IMG/VR virus record: IMGVR_UViG_3300028805_000054
Strand: one strand, 5' to 3'
Length of the DNA stretch: 31,615 nt
DNA from: an uncultured virus (IMG/VR IMGVR_UViG_3300028805_000054)
Lineage: Duplodnaviria > Heunggongvirae > Uroviricota > Caudoviricetes
Shown here: in pieces, positions 27,768 to 31,615 of the stretch
Layout of the letters: every line of letters starts with the position of its first letter
How positions within the stretch are numbered: the stretch's first letter is position 1
Translations under genes and position numbers: made by a program
Notes under the pieces: model-generated
Told to the model about the DNA's origin: nothing
What the model saw: the letters and a program-made list of their open reading frames with translations, nothing else
The model's database searches: none

Positions 27768-28053
27768 AATCCGTTTTATTATCTCGATTCTTTCCAATAT
27801 GATATCCGTTGCAGAATAAACACTTGTAATAAGAGAAATGAGTGTTGTGCTTCTCTCCCATTTTTTCGGCAGACTTACGAGCAGTTTCTACAGTATTATA
27901 AGTTACTTTTGGTTTCCCCGTATGCTGATTAATATGAGAGTTTATAGAAAAGGCACCCCAAGCATTCCTAGTTATAAAGAAGTTTCTAAACCAGACTTTC
28001 CGTTTAATCTGATCTAGAAACCAAATCTTAAAATTTCTAAACTTTATTTTCAT
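27742..28053 (-). CDS. Hypothetical protein with zinc-finger-like YxCxxCxxxH motif
   Basis: YKCLFCNGYHIG. Confidence 0.7.
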   Translation of the reverse strand: MKIKFRNFKIWFLDQIKRKVWFRNFFITRNAWGAFSINSHINQHTGKPKVTYNTVETARKSAEKMGEKHNTHFSYYKCLFCNGYHIGKNRDNKTDYDKKVQRS

Positions 28054-28208
28054 TTTCTTACTCTATACAATATCCCTCCTATACATGCCGCCACAAACAT
28101 CATACATATTAGGAGAGTCATAAGAATATAATGAATTGGAATGAGAAGTGGATTTCTTGGTATTCCGCCCTCGTCCATGTGCCAATCTTTAAACCTTGAC
28201 CAATCCAT
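28050..28208 (-). CDS. Small membrane protein
   Basis: 52 aa, MDWSRFKDW...YILMTLLICMMFVAACIGGILYRVRK; fills the intergenic gap; ATGA overlap with the next gene. Confidence 0.55.
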   Translation of the reverse strand: MDWSRFKDWHMDEGGIPRNPLLIPIHYILMTLLICMMFVAACIGGILYRVRK

Positions 28209-28680
28209 AATCTTTCTTTAACTCGGAAAATATATTTTTAGCATCCTCCAAAGAACTAATCTTTCCGTCAGTATATCCTTCTATATCTTTCCACCATTCG
28301 AATTCCTTTAAAAACTCCTTATTAACATCTCCTTCAAGAAACCATTCAAGTTCATTGACAACTCCCTCAAATGCTTCTTTATGTAGGAGAATATATCTGG
28401 CACATTCTTTAAAGGATTCATATTGTAGTTCCCCGGGTTTGCTTAAATTATCAAACCAAAATAAATATTCAATCCCACTACGACTACATAATGGATGCTC
28501 TTCTATCTTTTTGAGGAGGTCTGGATTTTCTGTTTTAAGCCACTTCAAGAAATCCGGAATAAACTTCTTACCATCCGAATCTTCAAATCCAAATCTATCA
28601 CCTACCGATTCATCATCCATCATAGCCGGTAGTTCAATTAGATACATAAGTCTCTTTATTTGTTCTTCAGTTGGTTTCAT
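28189..28680 (-). CDS. Hypothetical protein
   Basis: 163-aa ORF with ATGA overlap. Confidence 0.75.
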   Translation of the reverse strand: MKPTEEQIKRLMYLIELPAMMDDESVGDRFGFEDSDGKKFIPDFLKWLKTENPDLLKKIEEHPLCSRSGIEYLFWFDNLSKPGELQYESFKECARYILLHKEAFEGVVNELEWFLEGDVNKEFLKEFEWWKDIEGYTDGKISSLEDAKNIFSELKKDYGLVKV

Positions 28681-28976
28681 ACTATTACATCACAAATTTC
28701 TTTAAACTCTTCCACAGTTTCTTCATCTTCAAACTCAAACACAGATTCCATAAGTTCACAAAATCCATAAAGGTCTGCTAGGTCATAAAGCCAACCTGGA
28801 GTGCTGTCGGGAATAATCCACCTACCTCCATCATTATAGCAATCGGAGAGGTCAGCAATATCAACAACTATCCCCATCTCCCCAAATTCTTCTGGGGCAT
28901 CAGGTTCTCTGCTAAAGTAAATTTTTCTATCGCCCTTAATTTCTAGCGCCTTCTGTTTTCTTTCTTCTTTTGTCAT
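28677..28976 (-). CDS. Hypothetical acidic protein
   Basis: 99-aa ORF with ATGA overlap. Confidence 0.75.
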   Translation of the reverse strand: MTKEERKQKALEIKGDRKIYFSREPDAPEEFGEMGIVVDIADLSDCYNDGGRWIIPDSTPGWLYDLADLYGFCELMESVFEFEDEETVEEFKEICDVIV

Positions 28977-29200
28977 GATCTTAATAATTCAGGTTTACAA
29001 TCAAAGTTTTCACACTCCTTTGCCTTCTTTGAATAATCCTGGTAGTTTATATCTTCGCCTGTTACTTTACATTTTCCAGCAAACCAATGAAGACCATAAC
29101 CACAAAACTTAGTACAGTAATGACAAGATTTCGCTTCCTCATAGTCTTTTAGTATCTCTCCATTCGTTCCGTGGCCTATACAGATCTTCACTTTATCCAA
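28973..29200 (-). CDS. Small Cys-rich hypothetical protein
   Basis: CxxC...GxC...CxxF pattern. Confidence 0.7.
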   Translation of the reverse strand: MDKVKICIGHGTNGEILKDYEEAKSCHYCTKFCGYGLHWFAGKCKVTGEDINYQDYSKKAKECENFDCKPELLRS

Positions 29201-29835
29201 TACTTAACACACTCTGCCAGAACTTTACCATCAACTCTCCCTAATTCTTTCTTCAGTTTTCCTATCGTCGGTCCCATTATTTTAGCCTCAATACCTTCTG
29301 GATATAGCTCCCTCAGTTTGGCCATAATCTCATCTTTACCAACTTCTTTAGGGAGCCAGCCAAGAAGAATATCAAACTCAAATTTCTCTTTCTTAAACTC
29401 TTCTGAATTTTTCTCCAAAAGGGTTAAATTTTCTTTATGTGATTTAGCCAACTTTTCGAAAATTCCTTCCTGTATATCGGCCGGAATAAGCTCAATTCGT
29501 TCATCCATATTTTGATCAATTACTCTAACTTCTACTTCAACACCGTCTTTTTTAGCTTTTTCAATATGTGAGGTTAGGGTTCCGGTTTTCAGGAGTTGGT
29601 CAGTCATTTCATTATTCTTCACTACCTCCTCCATGAAAAGTGACTTAATGATCTTGAAGAATCCAGCTTTCCATTCCAACTCCTTAAGTTTTTGGTCATC
29701 CTCATCTAATATTACATCGATTAAAATTCCACGAGCCCTCATTTCAGATTGTTTCTTACGCTCAAATTCCTTTTTGATCTTTAAGGGTTTAATTTCTTCC
29801 ATCACCCTCTTCAGTTCTTCATTTACGTTTATCAT
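29188..29835 (-). CDS. GatB/YqeY-domain protein
   Basis: C-terminus EFDILLGWLPK...MGPTIGKLKKELGRVDGKVLAECVK matches the YqeY pattern. Confidence 0.7.
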   Translation of the reverse strand: MINVNEELKRVMEEIKPLKIKKEFERKKQSEMRARGILIDVILDEDDQKLKELEWKAGFFKIIKSLFMEEVVKNNEMTDQLLKTGTLTSHIEKAKKDGVEVEVRVIDQNMDERIELIPADIQEGIFEKLAKSHKENLTLLEKNSEEFKKEKFEFDILLGWLPKEVGKDEIMAKLRELYPEGIEAKIMGPTIGKLKKELGRVDGKVLAECVKYWIK

Positions 29836-29843
29836 AATCTTTT

Positions 29844-30125
29844 TTATTCAGAATAACCTTCATCTAATATTATTTGAGGTTTGTCTACATTAGCAGCTAG
29901 ATTAGTATATTCTGTCCAATGTTCGATGGGATAGGTTTTGCTTATGATTTTTGCAGCTTGTTCTACATAATCAACATATCTACCTTTCCTATCTAAGAAC
30001 AAGAAATGGACAAATGCATCTTTATCATGAGCAGCGATAGAAAAAGCCTCATTCCTGCTATTTGCTGCTACTAGAATAATTCCACCTTCCCAATCTCCTT
30101 GTCTAATGCATCCAAAAACTTTCAT
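29844..30125 (-). CDS. Hypothetical protein
   Basis: 93-aa ORF, GGIILVAANSxxEA. Confidence 0.75.
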   Translation of the reverse strand: MKVFGCIRQGDWEGGIILVAANSRNEAFSIAAHDKDAFVHFLFLDRKGRYVDYVEQAAKIISKTYPIEHWTEYTNLAANVDKPQIILDEGYSE

Positions 30126-30622
30126 TTGTCTTCTGGGTAGTCTATATAATAAATTTTCAAGTTGCTTGGATCTCTAAATTTATTTTTATTCGCTCCTATA
30201 AATTTTTCATACTCATCCTCAGTCATTGAAGATAAGTTAGTGCCAATGAAGTAGAAACCGTCAGATAGGTAAGCTTCATATTCTCCCTCATCCGAATAAA
30301 AGTTTCCGTTCTTAAAATCTTTCAAAGTTAAGAATTCTGAACGCTCATAGGTATCTCCCCAATCATAACGTTTAACCTTCTCCATACAACGATATAAGGC
30401 AAGAGGATCTGATATTGTTTTAGCTACAGGCATGAGATCTTCTTCTTCCACTTTAGTTTCCTCATATTCCAATTCCATAATAATATTGGAACCTGAAACA
30501 CCACATACCCTATACCCTTTAAAACCAAGATCATTTACATCTTCTTCGTTCAGTTCTTCTAATATTCTATATTTAAATCTTTTCATACTTCGTGTTTCCT
30601 TCGTTAATATTAACTCACTCAC
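30122..30622 (-). CDS. Hypothetical protein
   Basis: 166-aa ORF directly after a CCTTATTAATG promoter-like motif. Confidence 0.7.
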   Translation of the reverse strand: MSELILTKETRSMKRFKYRILEELNEEDVNDLGFKGYRVCGVSGSNIIMELEYEETKVEEEDLMPVAKTISDPLALYRCMEKVKRYDWGDTYERSEFLTLKDFKNGNFYSDEGEYEAYLSDGFYFIGTNLSSMTEDEYEKFIGANKNKFRDPSNLKIYYIDYPEDK

Positions 30623-30932
30623 ATTAATAAGGAATTCGCGCGTGATCTTACAGGTTGGATATTATTGTTGTGTTGAAGTAAAGGTTGAGGAGAATTCGTA
30701 AAATATATAGAATTTTACTTTGGCCGTAAGATATAAACAACCTTAAAATAAACACAACATCTTTCATACTGTTTTTCAAGGCATGGTTATAGTTTCTTGC
30801 TTCACCTATTTTCTTTATGCCTTTTCTCTCACAGTATTTTCCTTTCCCAACCTGTTTCTTTACACGCGCGTTTTTAGAATATTGAAAAAGAAGAAGAGAA
30901 GATACAGCACTAAACCATACCTTCTCCTCCTT

Positions 30933-31574
30933 TTAATATAGAGACTCAAGTTCTTTCTTCAAGTTTATAATCCTGAAGAAACGATCCACATTTTTCCAAG
31001 ACGTTAACCACCTTTGCTCTCTGTCAGTCGGTTCAGAAGAGGTACCATATGAAATGAATAAATCCTCAACTGACACTGCTGAATCTGATAATATCTCCTT
31101 CAATATATCACTCTCCAAATATTTTCCCGCTTTCCCTGGTTCAAGTTCAGCGAGACTCAAGTGGGGAATGTAGGTAGAGTACTCAGACTTAACATCCTCT
31201 TTTATCGACAAACCCTTATTAATTAAGCTCAAAGTTTTAAATAATGGCGTTCCTTTTCTGAGCTTAAGAATAATATAGTCAGAGTCATTTTCAAAACTCC
31301 CTAACTCGAAAAGATCTAAGACACTATAGAACTCATCTCCACGAATCATTCCCTCTAGCCATCTCCAATCTTCATCTCCTAATATATCCTTAATACTCGA
31401 CAACAAACCTCCATACTCAATTTTCTTACCCTGAGCATATAGTAAGGTAATATGCGAATCTAACTCCACTCCAGTATCCTTAAGATCTGACTCCTCGAAA
31501 ACACAACCTAAGCTAACAGGAGTGGATAGATTCATAGCTAACATAAGACAACTATTTATTTCACGCTTATCCAT
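30933..31574 (-). CDS. 2H phosphoesterase, Acb1 (anti-CBASS)-like
   Basis: Two Hx(T/S) motifs: SHITLLY and YIPHLSLA. Confidence 0.7.
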   Translation of the reverse strand: MDKREINSCLMLAMNLSTPVSLGCVFEESDLKDTGVELDSHITLLYAQGKKIEYGGLLSSIKDILGDEDWRWLEGMIRGDEFYSVLDLFELGSFENDSDYIILKLRKGTPLFKTLSLINKGLSIKEDVKSEYSTYIPHLSLAELEPGKAGKYLESDILKEILSDSAVSVEDLFISYGTSSEPTDREQRWLTSWKNVDRFFRIINLKKELESLY

Positions 31575-31615
31575 TCTTTCCCTGATTCTTTAACCTAAAT
31601 TTCGTTTTCATAGTC

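Noticed and set aside
21175..29893. Plus-strand ORFs such as 21175-21597, 24159-24464, 24734-25207, 28355-28705 and 29171-29515
   Set aside because: Antisense to a tightly packed minus-strand gene run, with Phe/Ser/Leu-rich shadow composition.
1..31615. Stop-codon recoding (TAG or TGA) as in Lak or some crAss-like phages
   Set aside because: Long genes are uninterrupted in the standard code, and TAA, TGA and TAG all end ORFs at sensible gene boundaries.
1..31615. tRNA or tmRNA genes
   Set aside because: No T-arm consensus in a cloverleaf context found by eye; a tRNAscan-SE or ARAGORN run would be needed to exclude them fully.

Overview
This is an AT-rich segment of what looks like a large dsDNA phage of a Bacteroidota host. 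The evidence is dense small hypothetical ORFs with ATGA overlaps, few obvious Shine-Dalgarno sites, a recurring CCTTATAT promoter-like motif (two copies read TATATTTG, the Bacteroidota TAnnTTTG -7 box), and typical large-phage accessory genes. The standard genetic code reads cleanly. The main feature is at 0.9-12.1 kb: four paralogous receptor-binding/tailspike-like genes in +/-/+/- order. They share a ~105-125 aa N-terminus but have unrelated repeat domains and glycan-acting C-termini (beta-helix, SGNH, SASA-type esterase, SGNH). They form two convergent pairs. Each pair is bounded by perfect inverted repeats (36 bp and 83 bp) and separated by a near-identical 111-bp terminator element. All four leaders carry the same 13-bp core, AGGGTTTAATTCC, and a hairpin-rich spacer with a promoter-like motif lies between the pairs. 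This is consistent with an inversion or cassette-shuffling host-range switch, but no recombinase is present in the window, so the mechanism is inferred. The rest of the window holds a GMP reductase/IMPDH homolog apparently lacking its catalytic Cys, a HAD-like phosphatase, an SF2 helicase next to a hairpin-dense candidate origin, NADAR, YqeY-like, DUF4241-like and Acb1-like 2H phosphoesterase genes, a canonical type III hammerhead ribozyme (24128-24210, minus strand), and many small hypothetical genes. All family calls come from motif recognition by eye; no database searches were run.
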